A stretch of 64,000 nt of DNA from Isurus oxyrinchus (GCA_026770705.1 JANJGN010000052.1:1736001-1800000), one strand, 5' to 3'; shown: positions 23,200-36,235, counted from the first letter of the stretch. Numbers and translations: made by a program. Notes: generated by a model not told the origin, from the letters alone.

Positions 23200-25915
23200 A
23201 ACTGGTGATGAGGTGAAAAACAAGGAAGAAAAATCAAGGAATGAGAGCAAGGGAACTGAAATCGGGCTGTGCCTCACGCAGTGATTATAAATGTAATTTC
23301 CATCCTAATAACCGATGCAGCCCCCTCGAAGAATGCTGCAGTTTGGAAGAGTTGATCCTTTCGACCCAACGGTGGGCGATTGGTCTCATTATGGTGAACT
23401 CCTCGCGTTCTTTTTCCAAGTGAATGACATTGATGGGGAGGAGAAGAGGCGAGCGACCCTCTTATCCACGTGTGGCAGTAAGATTTAGGGATTGATGCGA
23501 ACTTTAATGCCACCCGGTGCCATGGATTCAAAAAGTTTAGATGATATAGTGAACCTTGTGAAGATTCCTTCCCAGCCCCAGCCCTCGGTAACGATGCAAC
23601 GGTCCAAATTTAACTCAAGAAATAGAGTCCCAGGGGAGGCAGCTGCATGTTATGTGGAAATTCTGAAACAGTTAACAGGACATTGTGAGTTTGGTAAATC
23701 TATAAATGATATGCTGAGAGATCGACTGGTGTGCAGTATAAATGAAGATGCGATTCAGAAGAGATTACTGTCTGAAACAGATTTGGATATTCAGAAGGCT
23801 CTGGGAAGAGTGCTGGCTATGGAAAGAGCAGTGAGGGACTCGAAAAACATATGGAGAGTGCAAAATGTCACCGTCCTCATGTTGGGTGAGGAGCCTCAGC
23901 CAAGAAGTGCGGGAAAATGTACAGCTCTGATGAGAAACGGGAAACCTCCACCACTAGCAGCAAATAAAAAGGAATGACTTAGCAGAGAAAACATGGAATA
24001 ATGTGAACAGAGGTGAAGCAGACAACATCGTAGTGAATGGAACTTTAAAAAAATCAATTGTTTTTACTGTCATCGAAACAGAGAGCCCATGAGAGATTGC
24101 AAGGATAGAATCAGGCAGAGTTTCAATCAAGAGAGAAAACCCTGTGAGATCCATAACATAGAAGAGCCTGAAGTAACAGATTCAGATAGTTATTCATTGT
24201 ATAATTTAAAGGTAGGAAGAACAGAGCCAATCTATGTAACAGTGAGGGTGAATGATAGAGCTCTCAGAATGGGGGTGGACACAGGAGCTAACACTACGCT
24301 AATTGGTGAGCATACTTTCAAATACTGGAATCATGGGGAAAGTCAATTAAATTTGGAAGAATAGATGACTAATTGAAAACTTACACGGGAGAAGACATTC
24401 AAGCCAAAGACATAAGCAGGGTTATTATACAGTATGGAAGTCAATCAGTAAAATGACCCTTGATGATGGGAGCTGGTGAGGGACCAAGCCTCCTTGGACG
24501 AAACTGGCTGAAAGATATTAAACTGGATTGGTCTGAGATCTTCCAACTGAGAGCCAGTGGGCTACCTGAGCTACTACAAAAATACATCTCAGTTTTCCAA
24601 GATGAACTCGGAGAGATCCAGGGGCTGCAAGCAAAAATTCATGTGGATCCAGACTCTACCCCTCTGATTTATGAAGGCACGGCCAGTACCTTATGCAATG
24701 TGGGAAAAGGCAGATGCTGAATTGGGCAGGTTCTAGAAACTGGGAGTGATACAATCTGTGCTGTCCTCAGAATGGGCAGCACCAATAGTCCCTGGACCTG
24801 AGCCTGGCCAAAGTGTTTGTGGAGATGACAAGAATTGACTGGAACGGCCTACACGGAGCTGATATGAGCCATGCTTATCAACAATTGGAGTTCGAGAAGG
24901 CCTCCCAGAAGTTTGTCACAATTAATACACACAAAGGGTTGTATCAATAAACCGGTTTGCCTTTCAGAGTCTCCTCTGCAGGATCACAGTGTCTTAATGG
25001 CACAGCAGGAGGCCATTCAGCCCATCGTGTCTGTCCCAGCTCTCCAAATAAGCATCATGACCTAGTGTCATTGCCCTGCCTTTCCCCATGCCCCTGCACC
25101 TTTTCTCTATCCAAATAACCATCTAATGCCCTCCTGAATGCCTCGATTGAACCTGCCTCCACAACACTTCCAGGCCGTGCATTCCAGGCCCAAAACTCAG
25201 TTGTGTGAAAAAGTTTTTTCTCACGTCACATTTGCAACATCAGTCATGCTAAATGTCAGCGGGAAGGTGGAAAGGAGTCCAGGAAGACAGGAAACTGGAC
25301 ATGACTGGCATAGTCATGACAGGAAGCTGACCGTAGGAGAGACGGTATATGTGAACGATTTTAGAGAAGGGCCAAAGTGGTCACCGGGTGAAATAAATGC
25401 AGCGATTGGAACTCTTTCTCACCATGTGAAAGTGGAAGACCGAGTCATATGGAGACATGTGGGTCATATAAGGAGGAGAGAAACAAAGTACCAAGAAACA
25501 ATCCCACCAGTCTTCACGGCTGCGTCTATGTCTCCTGTTGAAAGAACTCAGCTGAGAACAGATGTGTCTGAAGGGTCCGTTGGACCTGCAAGAGTTGAGG
25601 AAACAGGTTTGCAGGTGTCCACCGAAGAAGCTGGTGTTGGGACAACATCAGAAAAGGAGACTCCTGACAAAGCATCTGAAGCTGTGGATCTGAGACGTTC
25701 CAGACGCATAAGGAAACCCCCCAGAAAGACTGAATTTGTAAATTACTGATCTGTGTAAATCATCTGATACTTTGAGAAAATGGTAAAAGTAAGTGTAAAA
25801 TGTATTTCTGAGTAAAGGGGGAGGGTGGTGGTAATCTGATGTGTGATATACCTTTAAGAAGAAGGTTACAATGGAAGATAACATGAGCTCAGTGTTGTGG
25901 TGTGTTCTCAGAATC
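23200..25915 (+). mobile_element. Second degenerate Ty3/Gypsy retrotransposon
   Basis: PBS-like tggtgatgagg at ~23203; gag RSKFNSRNR...MLRDRLVCSINEDAIQKRLLSE; protease VDTGANTTLI; GPSLLGRNWL; RT start SEWAAPIVP; polypurine tract aaagggggaggg at ~25814. Confidence 0.85.
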
Positions 25916-26665
25916 AACCTCAGGCCTGGCTAAAAACAGAACTCTACCCATTACAGGGAAACCATCTTTTTTGTTCACAGTGTTAGTCACGTACACATTG
26001 GGTTATTTAAATTCAAATCTTGTCAGTACATAATCACATAATAAGCAGATGTTCCCAGTCCCAGGTATATATCTGCTCCTTACCCAAGCAAGAGCTGTTT
26101 ATCTCGTTCTAGCCTGGTGCTGTTTGCCTTTACCTTATCTGTTTACCCTCAGCATCTCTTTATGTCTCTTCTCGAGTTAATCCCTCGTGAACTTCAATGC
26201 CTTTCTGGAGAGTTCTGCTGATGTCAGCCCCATGGTGCACAAGGTTCACCTGGAGAATTCTGCTGACCTTTGGTTTTCACTAATAGAAGTCCCTGTTTAA
26301 CTCTTATATCAGTGTCCAACAGCCGAGTGGCGCAGGTACCTCAGTAGTCGGTCACCTTTGGTTAGAGCCTGTAATGCAGAGACAGGGTTTGAGTTGAAAG
26401 CACACAAGTGTAGCTGCTGAGTTCCTTTGTAAATAAGCAGAATGTGTTTCATCTAAGAACTGTCTGCTGATCTACTCTGTCTATTGTACCTACTCAGCCT
26501 CTCCAAAACAAGCCTGGATCCATAAGTCCCAACAAACTCGTGAGCAGCATCCAACAGTATCAATAATTAATGTATGTATTGTGGGTGGAATTTTTGATTT
26601 GGATCAATAATACTAAACACTGATCACTCTGATTGTCACTCTGATCATTTCTGTTTCTATTACAG

Positions 26666-26782
26666 AAGAAAGATGAAAAGGTTCTGGAAATGAAATCTAA
26701 CCGCGGAGTCAATCCTGATACAGATGATGATCTTTACGCAAACTGTGAATTTGCCAAGGATTCTGTTTATGGGAATTTATAA
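26666..26782 (+). pseudogene. Orphan receptor cytoplasmic terminal exon: KKDEKVLEMKSNRGVNPDTDDDLYANCEFAKDSVYGNL*
   Basis: Acceptor tttctgtttctattacag; open phase-0 frame with two Tyr motifs (DLYANC, SVYGNL) ending at TAA; no upstream plus-strand TM exon found. Confidence 0.6.
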
Positions 26783-27849
26783 ACTGAGCAAGAATGAGAC
26801 ACACACAGTGTGGGGAGAATACAGAACGGGAGAATCATTCAAAACTCCAATTTACCTTCCTAATATCCACAGGAACTCACTCCCAGGAAATAGATTTAAA
26901 CCTCTTGTTACAATCTGATGGAATTTCTTCGGAATGATCTATCCAGGATGATTGTCTGTGGGTTTCAATTTGAACATCCTCCTTCAGAATTGTCCCTCAC
27001 TGTTGGAAACATCCTTCTCTCCAATCTGATTGTAAATGTCTTTAGATATCGTTCGATGATGTACCAGGACAGAACGGACAAATTCAATCCCGTGCCCGTG
27101 ATTAGGAGTTAATTTTCATTCTGTTATTCACCTTCCTGTCTGTCAGTGTTTACAGAATATTCATCAGCCAGTGTAGACATCAGGAAATGCCGGGTCAGTG
27201 GATAATTGGACCAGAGCAAATCCCTATAATTTATTCACCATTTTGCAGTCAAACATATGTTCAGAGAACATGTGTATTTTATGAGTTATTGTTTAATATT
27301 AAACTAATCGCAGCCTGGGAAAGGGAAACAATTTGATTGGGGAATTGGTAGACTTCCGACAACACAGAGGAAAACAGGTGTGCTACGGTGCCAGCATTGG
27401 TGGGAGGATGTCATTACAGCGTGACATGTTTACATTGATGTTGCCAATGTCATTGTGAACAGAGGGAGCTATGATGTGAAAAGTTGCTTGCAAATGTACG
27501 TTTTTCACTGTATCCTGGATGGCTGAAACAGCTTTGACAACAGAATGAGCTAAAGCTACAACTTACAACCATTTCAGTCTTTCAGTTTTTGAAAGTACAA
27601 TTAGCCTCCATCCTGAAGGCTGAGTGAATGGGTGGACTGTGCGATGTGTTACTGATTTCAGACACCAACATCCTCGATCCTGGTTCTGCTCTGTGTTTGA
27701 TGAAAAGATCCTAACCAGACACATGGATAAAAGATTGGGAAAATAAATAATCCTCCTGCATTAACCAGTAACCAGTCACTAACGAAGTTAATCATGTAAG
27801 GACAGGATTGTGTTGGAGGCCATTAACCCCAGCATCAAACACATCCTTT

Positions 27850-28790
27850 GGACTGGCCATTTACACAGAAGAAAGGAGGAGGCCCATTCAGTTCCTCGAG
27901 CCTGTTACACAGGAACAGGAGGAGGCCCATTCAGCCCCTCAAGCCTGTTACACAGGAACAGGAGGAGGCCCATTCAGCCCCTCGAGCCTGTTACACAGAA
28001 GAAAGGAGGAGGCCCATTCACGCCCCTTGAGGCTGTTACACAGGAACAGGAGGAGGCCCATTCAGCCCCTTGAGCCTGTTACACAGTAACAGGAGGAGGG
28101 CCATTCAGCCCCCTCGAGCCTGTTACACAGGAACAGGAGGAGACCCATTCAGTCGCCTCGAGTCTGTTACACAGAAGAAAGGAGGAGGCCATTCAGCCCT
28201 TTGAGCCTGTTACACAGGAACAGGAGGAGGCCCATTCAGCCCCTTGAGCCTGTTACACAGCAACAGGAGGAGGCCCACTCAGCCCCCTCGAGCCTGTTAC
28301 ACAGGAACAGGAGGAGGCCCACTCAGCCCCCTCGAGCCTGCTACACAGGAACAGGAGGAGGCCCATTCAGCCCCTTGAGCCTGTTACACAGTAACAGGAG
28401 GAGGCCCATTCAGCCCCCTCGAGCCTGTTACGCAGGAACAGGAGGAGGCCCATTCAGCCCCCTTGAGCCTGTTACACAGGAACAGGAGGAGGCCCATTCA
28501 GCCCCCTCAAGCCTGTGACACAGGAACAGGAGGAGGCCCATTCAGCCCATTGAGCCTGTGACACAGGAACAGGAGGAGGCCCATTCAGCCCATCGAGCCT
28601 GTGACACAGGAACAGGAGGAGGCCCATTCAGCCCATCGAGCCTATGACACAGGAACAGGAGGAGGCCCATTCAGCCCCTCGAGCTTGTAAGAAAAGAAAA
28701 GGAGGAGGCCGTTCAACCCCTTGAGCCTGTTACACATGAACATGAGGGGCCCATTCAGCCCCCTCAATCCCATTACACAGGAACAGGAAG
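27850..28790. repeat. ~42-43-bp minisatellite (ttacacaggaacaggaggaggcccattcagcccctcgagcctg), derived from an antisense CR1 3' tail
   Basis: About 20 units; the unit matches ggaacaggagcaggccattcggcccctcgagcctgc at ~41002-41037. Confidence 0.9.
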
Positions 28791-28942
28791 TGGTCATTCA
28801 GCCCAAGCAGAGTGTGTGGGCAGTTCCTCCCCAGGCGAGCAGTCGGACAGGTCCTGGGTAAGTAACGGAACGATTGGAATTCACTTCCACCACCAACACC
28901 GTCCTTTGTTGATGATGTGACTTTATAAAGAGAGATTCCAAT
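28780..28942 (+). promoter_or_regulatory. Extra copy of Siglec non-coding exon 1 plus intron start
   Basis: Near-identical to 32306-32464; donor GT at 28858; ACAGGAAGTG ETS motif at ~28783. Confidence 0.65.
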
Positions 28943-28947
28943 AATTC

Positions 28948-30587
28948 ACAGTGCAGCACTCCCTCAGTACTGACCCTCTGACAGTGCAGCACTCCCTCAG
29001 TACTGACCCTCTGACAGTTCAGCACTCCCTCAGTACTGACCCTCTGACAGTTTAGCACTCCCTCAGTACTGACCCTCTGACAGTGCAACACTACCTCAGT
29101 ACTGACCCTCTGACAGTGCAGCACTCCCTCAGTTCTGACCCACCGATAATGCAGCATTCCCTCAGTACTGAACTTCTGGCAGTGCAGCACTCCCTCAGTA
29201 CTGACCCACCATTAGTACAGCACTCACTCAGTACTGACTCTCTGACAGTGCAGCACTCCCTCAGTACTGACCCTCTGACAGTGCAGCTCTGCCTCAGTAC
29301 TGACCCTCTGACAGTGCAGCACTCCCTCAGTACTGACTCTCCCACAGTGCAGCACTCCCTCAGCATTGACCCTCTGACAGTGCAGCACTCTCTCAGTACT
29401 GACCATCTGACAGTGCAGCACTCACTCAGTACTGACCCTATGACAGTGCAGCACTCCCTCAGTACTGATCCTGTGACAGTGCATCAATCCCTCAGTACTG
29501 ACCCTCTGACAGTGCAGCATTGCCTCAGTACTGACCCTCTGACAGTGCAGCACTCCCTCAGTACTGACCCTCTGACAGTGCAGCACTCCCTCAGTACTGA
29601 CCCTCTGACAGTGCAGCACTCCCTCAGTACTGACCCTCTGACAGTGCAGCATTGCTTCAGTACTGACCCTCTTACAGTGCAGCACTCCCTCAGTACTGAC
29701 CCTCTGACAGTGCAGCATTGCTTCAGTACTGACCCTCTTACAGTGCAGCACTCCCTCAGTACTGACCCTCTGACAGTGCAGCACTCCCTCAGTACTGACC
29801 CTCTGACAGTGCAGCATTGCTTCAGTACTGACCCTCTGACAGTGCAGCATTGCTTCAGTACTGACCCTCTTACAGTGCAGCACTCCCTCAGTACTGACCC
29901 TCTGACAGTGCAGCTCTGCCTCAGTACTGACCCTCCGACAGTGCAGCACTCCCTCAGTACTGACTCTCCCACAGTGCAGCACTCCCTCAGCATTGACCCT
30001 CTGACAGTGCAGCACTCCCTCAGTACTGACCCTCTGACAGTGCAGCACTCCCTCAGTACTGACCCTCTGACAGTGCAGCACTCCGTCAGTTCTGACCCTC
30101 TGACAGTGCAGCACTCCCTCAGTACTGACCCTCTGACAGTGCAGCACTCCCTCAGTACTGACCCTCTGACAGTGCAGCACTCCCTCAGTACTGACCCTCT
30201 GACAGTGCAGCACTCCCTCGGTGCTGACCCTCTGACAGTGCAGCACTCCCTCAGTGCTGACCCTCTGACAGGGCAGCAGTCCCTCAGTACTAACCCTCTG
30301 ACAGTGCAGCACTCCCTCAGTACTGAGCCTCTGACAGGGCAGCACTCCCTCAGTACTGACCCTCTGACAGTGCAGCACTCCCTCAGTACTGACCCTCTGA
30401 CAGTGCAGCACTCCCTCAGTACTGACCCTCTGACAGTGCAGCACTCCCTCAGTACTGACCCTCTGACAGTGCAGCACTCCCTCAGTACTGACCCTCTGAC
30501 AGTGCAGCACTCCCTCAGTACTGACCCTCTGACAGTGCAGCACTCCCTCAGTACTGACCCTCTGACAGTGCAGCACCTCTTCAGTAC
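28948..30587. repeat. 33-bp minisatellite array (~50 units, cagtgcagcactccctcagtactgaccctctga)
   Basis: Highly homogeneous tandem array; explains the 504-aa and 384-aa pseudo-ORFs. Confidence 0.97.
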
Positions 30588-31589
30588 AGGGTCCTGAATC
30601 GTTGGAAGTCTCTCCTTAATCCTTGTGTGTGGAGGATCTCAGAAACTCTCATGTAATTGAGAAGTCACCATGAGCACAGCAGCAGTCAGAATAGACAGAT
30701 CTACAACCCAACACTCACACTTGCTGCACAGTTTCACCACCAAACCACAAGAATTAAGCAAACTGGCTGAAAATAAAGAGATGACAATTCAGCCTGTGTG
30801 GAAAGGTCAGAAGTTTATTGTTTCCTGTTTGTCTCTGATCTGCAGCGCAGATAAATATTAGAAAACCACAGAATCAAACAGCACAGAAAGAGGCCACTCA
30901 GCCCATTGTCCCTGTCCTGGTCTTCTGGGACAGATATCCAATTGGTCCCAATCTCCCATTCTCTCACACTCTGCAAGTATTTTGAAAGATCCTATTGAAT
31001 CTGCTTCCACCGCCCTTTCAGGCAGCACCTTCCAGATCACAGCAACTCGCTGTGTACAATCAAACCTAACCTGCCTGCTCAGTGATGGTTACTCCCATCT
31101 GAGGGGATTTATATTCATGAATTTGGATTCAATCTGGAACAGGAAGAATTTGAAGGACGATGGGGTAAGAGAGGTGGATTGAAACCAATTGTGTGCTTCT
31201 TTTAAAGAGCTAGCACAGCCAAGATGGCATGAATGGCCTCCTGCTGTTCTGTGTGATTCTGTGATATGATGAAGAAAGTTCCTTTTCAGCAACATTTTAC
31301 CTCTTCTGCTGAAACTCTTCATGTTGGAGAAGAGGAAGTGATGGTTTCCATCAGCGTTTGTGTTCCATGTCAGTTTTAACCGAAACTCAGTGAAGCGGAT
31401 GGTGAAGGTCATGAACCCACCACAGCGGCACCTCCAACACATGCAGAGCTCAGGCTAGAGGCGCTTTGTTAGTGTGTTTCACAGGGTCTGCTGGAGTAGG
31501 GTCAGTGCTGAGCTTGGGGACAAGTCAGTCTACAATGCTGCATCGGAATCAACAATACAACAATATGGGGTTTGGATCAGAAATAATTT

Positions 31590-32010
31590 GATCCTCTGAC
31601 AGTGCAGCACTCCCTCAGTACTGATTCTCCAACAGTGCAGCACTCCCTCAGTACTGTCCCTCTGACAGTGCAGCACTCCCTCAGTACTGATTCTCCAACA
31701 GTGCAGCACTCCCTCAGTACTGATCCTCCAACAGTGCGGCACTCCCTCAGTACTGACCCTCTGGCAGTGCAGCACTCCCGCAATACTGAGCCTCTGACAG
31801 TGCAGCACTGCTTCAGTACTGACCCTCCAACAGTGCAGCACTCCCTTAGTACTGACCCTCTGACAGTGCAGCACTCCCTCAGTACTGACCCTCTGGCCGT
31901 GCAGCACTCCCACAATACTGAGCCTCTGACAGTGCAGCACTGCTTCAGTACTGATCCTCCAACAGTGCAGCACGCCCTCAGGAATGACCCTCTGACAGTG
32001 CAGGACTCTC
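31590..32010. repeat. 33-bp minisatellite upstream of the gene B promoter
   Basis: About 12 units. Confidence 0.95.
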
Positions 32011-32229
32011 AGTCCTGACACCGAGTGCCGGTCTGGTTTGTCAGTCTGAATTTTGCCAAATGAATCTCGAACAGACGACCTTCTCACTCAGAGAGAGAGA
32101 GAGGGTTTGAAACACAATGACACACAGCAGAAATTCAATGACTTTCCACTTTTGAGCAGAATTATCATCACAAGTCCAGAACGCAAAGGGTTAACAGCTT
32201 CAAAAACTCAAAACATCAGCTGCATTCTC

Positions 32230-32380
32230 ACAAAGTGACAACTACCACATTTTGTTTCACAGTGACACATCAACCCTTTCTAATTAAACACACAGAGGGA
32301 GCAGCACAGGAAGAGGTCATTCAGCCCAAGCAGAGCGTGTGGGCAGTTCCTCCCCAGGCGAGCAGTCGGACAGGTCCTGG
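32230..32380 (+). promoter_or_regulatory. Gene B putative promoter and non-coding exon 1
   Basis: Homologous to the other exon-1 copies; donor GTAAGT at 32381. Confidence 0.6.
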
Positions 32381-32830
32381 GTAAGTAACGGAACGATTGG
32401 AATTCACTTCCACGACCAACACCGTCCTTTGTTGATGTTGTGACTTTATAAAGACAGATTCCAATGATTGATGCCTTTGAAAGATTTCTACTGGTTATTG
32501 AGATTTGGGTGTGAGACTCAAGTCTGTTGTACAGAACATCTTTCTAGCTCAAGGGATGAGGGAAGTGCAGAGACATGAGCTTTGGGACGTCTTGAGGTGG
32601 TGAAAGGTGCTATAGAAATGCAAATCCTTCAATGTTTTTCTTTCTTAAAGCCTTGTAACTCTCTGCAGAGCACCTATCATCCCACAGAGAGTCAAATTAG
32701 TCTGTCAAGACATTGTCCAAAAACAGTTCTGATCTCTTGAGAGCTGTCGGACAAGAGGTGAGGTCTCATTAACTCCTTTCTCTTTCAGAGTTTGAGAGTC
32801 AGAAGCTTATGAAATATTTGGGAGTGGACA

Positions 32831-32870
32831 ATGATCGGGAAATCCTACTTCCTCCTGTCACTTCTCCAAG
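32831..32870 (+). CDS. Gene B signal-peptide exon MIGKSYFLLSLLQ
   Basis: Acceptor at 32787-32788, ATG at 32831, phase-1 donor GT at 32871; joins in frame to the V exons. Confidence 0.85.
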
Positions 32871-33899
32871 GTAATAACATCGTCAGCTCGGACAGTTTTA
32901 TGGCTAATAGTCTTTGTAAAAGATCATTCTTATTGAGCTGTGATTGGGAACCGATTCAGCAGTGAGCCAGTGTACAAACTCACACCAAGTCCCATTCACC
33001 CATCACCCCTGTGCTCACTGATATACACTGACTCCCTGTCTGACAGCAGAATTGGAGGAGAGCAGAGATCTCAGAGGGTTTTAGGGTTGGAGGAGGTTAC
33101 AGGGATTGGGAGTGTAGAGGGGGGATGGTGGGGTAAGAAATCGATGATGAGAATTTGAAATTTGAGTCATTGCTGGACTGGGAGCCAGTGTAGTTCAGCC
33201 AGTGACAGGGGAGCGATCGGCTGAATAGAGAATCAGGAACACCAACTGGGGGATGAAGTCTATCCTGATGCTGGAACTCGGATAACAATGCCCTGAAATT
33301 TTGTGTCTTTTGCTGATTTTGTCAGAATTTCCCATGAAGACAACACAGCAGCTCCTAGAATAGACAGGCTGTTCAGTGTCACACTTCTGTCCATTCTCAC
33401 CATGCTAGATACTTCAATAAGGGAGCAAGATAACTGAAAGAGAGAAGGAAGGTAAAGCTGTCCGTGTGTAAAACTGTCAAATATTCTGAGTTATCATGAT
33501 TGTTTCTGATCTGCTGCAGAGTTTAAAGTTCTCAGAACATTAGCACTTTGCAGCTCAGAGAGAGACCATTGACTCACTGCCTGAAAGGCCGGTGGAAGCA
33601 GATTCAACAGGAACTTTCAGAAGGGGAACTGGATAAATACTTGAAGGGGACATTTTGCAGGGCTGTGGAGGAGAGAGCAGAGGTTAGAGTGGGATTAATT
33701 GGACAGATCTTTCAAAGGCCCAGCACAGGCTCGATGGGCCAAATGGCATCCTTCTGATCCGGATCATTCTACAATCTGATAAATTAAGCCCCACATCAGT
33801 AACTCTTCAGGCTCCTGCTGCAGGGATGGATCTTTGAGAAGGACAGGGAACAAGAGGTTCCTGGTATCATTTTCATATTTCTTGACAATTACATAAGTG

Positions 33900-36235
33900 T
33901 ATAGATCTGTTGAATATTTGAGTCTCTAAAGCGTAGAGGTAATCTGCTGTTATGTCGAGATCTTGTGGTGGCAAAATTGTCTGGAGGTTTCTTTAATTGC
34001 TCACATTGATCTGTGGGATTGTCATTCTTCGATGTTGTCCCTGGTTTCAATTGACATTATACCCTTGATGCAATTGAGGAGGCTTTAAACTAATATGGCA
34101 GGGGATGGGATCCCAAGAGGAGGTTCAACAGAGAGAGATGCACAGCCAAAATTAGAAGAGAGCAAATGAACCTGGAAGGCATAGAAATTATTGGCCATTT
34201 AAGGCTCAAGATAGCGTGGCAAAGTTGGATTGTATTAATTTTAATGCAAGGAGACTGACAGACTTGCATTCTCCTGCAGGTGTAATGTTGCAGCTCCCTT
34301 GAAACTGCCAATATTGTTGAATCTTTCTGCATATTTCAATGTTATGTCATGAACTGAGTTTATGGGATAGTTTCTGAGACTGGGACAGACATAAATCCAT
34401 TGGCTTTCAGCCGGAACGGACAATCTTGGAAGTGGGTGGGGCCAGAAAATCCCACCCCTATGGGAACATTTTCAGTTTATTTGATGTGCCCAGAGAGATC
34501 AATAAAGACCACAATCCACAATTTATTGGCAAGCCACGTCAGGATATGTGTGAGAGGTGGAATATCGATCACCGCTCCTAGTCTCGTCATGTACATCATC
34601 GCCATTTCCTGGTTTGTCAGTCACCACATGTATATGTTCCTGATGGGATAGCGGATGGTCATTCTTATTGCTTGAAGTTACCCCGTTGTGCAGGGTTTGT
34701 TTGGATCAGCGCACGGCTCTTTGTAGCTGCATCAGCCTTTGCTCTAGTGCCCTGCCGCTGTCAATGGCCCTTTCTGCCACAAGCCTTGCAGGATTGGTGG
34801 AAAGCTGGGCATTTCCTTGGTGCCTGCAGAAGGCCACACCTTCCACACGTCTCACTAGGTTTGGATGTTCTAGTGAGTGTGTCAACAATTGATGTTGTAC
34901 TGAGGACCTGTAAGCTTCGTTGACCTGCGAGGATCACTTCGTATTTATGTCCATCCTAGAGTAACTCTTCAATGCTATAGGTTTTGGTCTTATCTAGCAG
35001 ATCTTTCTGGAAGGCTTCCATGGGAGTGGATGTGATCACCAACTCAACAACTCTGTCTGCAGACTCTGTGTTTGAAATCACAGTGCGTACCCTTTTCTCT
35101 ACATCGGCTGATGAAGTGGTCTATGGATTGTGTAGGCTGATGAAATGACATAAACTCTAGTTGATGAATATGGAGTTTCACCTGATTCTGAACCTGTCTT
35201 CTATTATCGTCCATATCTATTGGGGATCCTTTCGCTCTTCTGCTGTTAATCCTGACGTGTTCAGCCTGTGTAGACCTTCATTCCCAATCGCGAGGTGAAT
35301 TTTTATGGCTTGCTCGTCTGGTTCAGTCACACCTGAATCAGGAAACCAGAGCTCTGTACGCTGTTTAAACATTCTGAATTCAAATAGTCGGTCAGCTACA
35401 TCCCAGTTCAAACTGGGGAATTTTGTGGACATTCTGACAATATTCCTTTGACCTTCCTTCTCCTACAGGACCTGGGATGAGTGTCGCTTTAGCCCCTTTC
35501 GTGCGCTTTTCCGAAGCTCTGCCCATGGAGACGGGTTGTGGCAGGAACACACCACGGAGTAATGGAGTCTTTGTTTTTTATTCAATTTGCTGTTCAGCAA
35601 TCTCGAAGCCGCCCGTTATAATCACTAACTTCTCTGGGCTGATTTTTATAATGGTTTTTGTGTGTTTGACTCTCCCTCGCTCACTATCGATCCAGCCCAC
35701 ACCCTGGTCACTCGCCTTCCCTGACTGAGCTAACCCGCTACTGGTCCTGGCGATACACACTGTCCCACTCACTGACCTACAGGCCGTGTGCTGCAATCTC
35801 ACCACGAGGGATCCGTCTGCTCCCCAGCTCTTTACTTGAGCTCTTTCCCGTCACTGTGTCTTCAAAGGTTTCCTGAGCAGTCAGTACACTGCTATTTCAA
35901 CCCTCTCTGATGCTGTGTCTCTGTTGTGGTCTGACCAAAGCGTCGAGGGTCGTCTCATGTCATGTAGCTCCATCTAAGGCTGTTCACCACGTCATACCTG
36001 TACTGAATCTTGCTGCCAGAATGTTTGGCCACCGCTGATCACCATGTTGTGTTTTTATAATGATATAAAGGCACCAGCCACTGATACGGAATTGGGTAAA
36101 TACATTGTGGGTTCAGTTATTTAGAACAGGGACATGAGAACAGATATACAAGGATAGAAAGCTGGGAGACACCTGCAGCCAAACTGTGTGAGCTGTGTTC
36201 TGCTCACAGGCCAAAGTGAAACTTGGACTGGATGG
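33900..36235 (-). mobile_element. Mirror copy of the Gypsy relic (16985-21000), internally deleted
   Basis: Near-identical gag ORFs at 35217-35432 and 17763-17978; most of the protease and integrase region is missing. Confidence 0.8.

Noticed and set aside
23492-25749. Gypsy gag/pol as a domesticated or active gene
   Set aside because: Multiple stops and frameshifts, with RT and integrase cores largely deleted.
27850-30587. CRISPR-like or other regularly spaced repeat array
   Set aside because: Units are contiguous with no unique spacers, there are no cas genes, and the context is vertebrate.
29083-30597. 504-aa and 384-aa repetitive ORFs, and similar ones at 6227-6987, 31530-32087 and 47613-48340
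   Set aside because: The 33-bp unit is a multiple of 3 and stop-free in several frames on both strands, so these are minisatellite artefacts.
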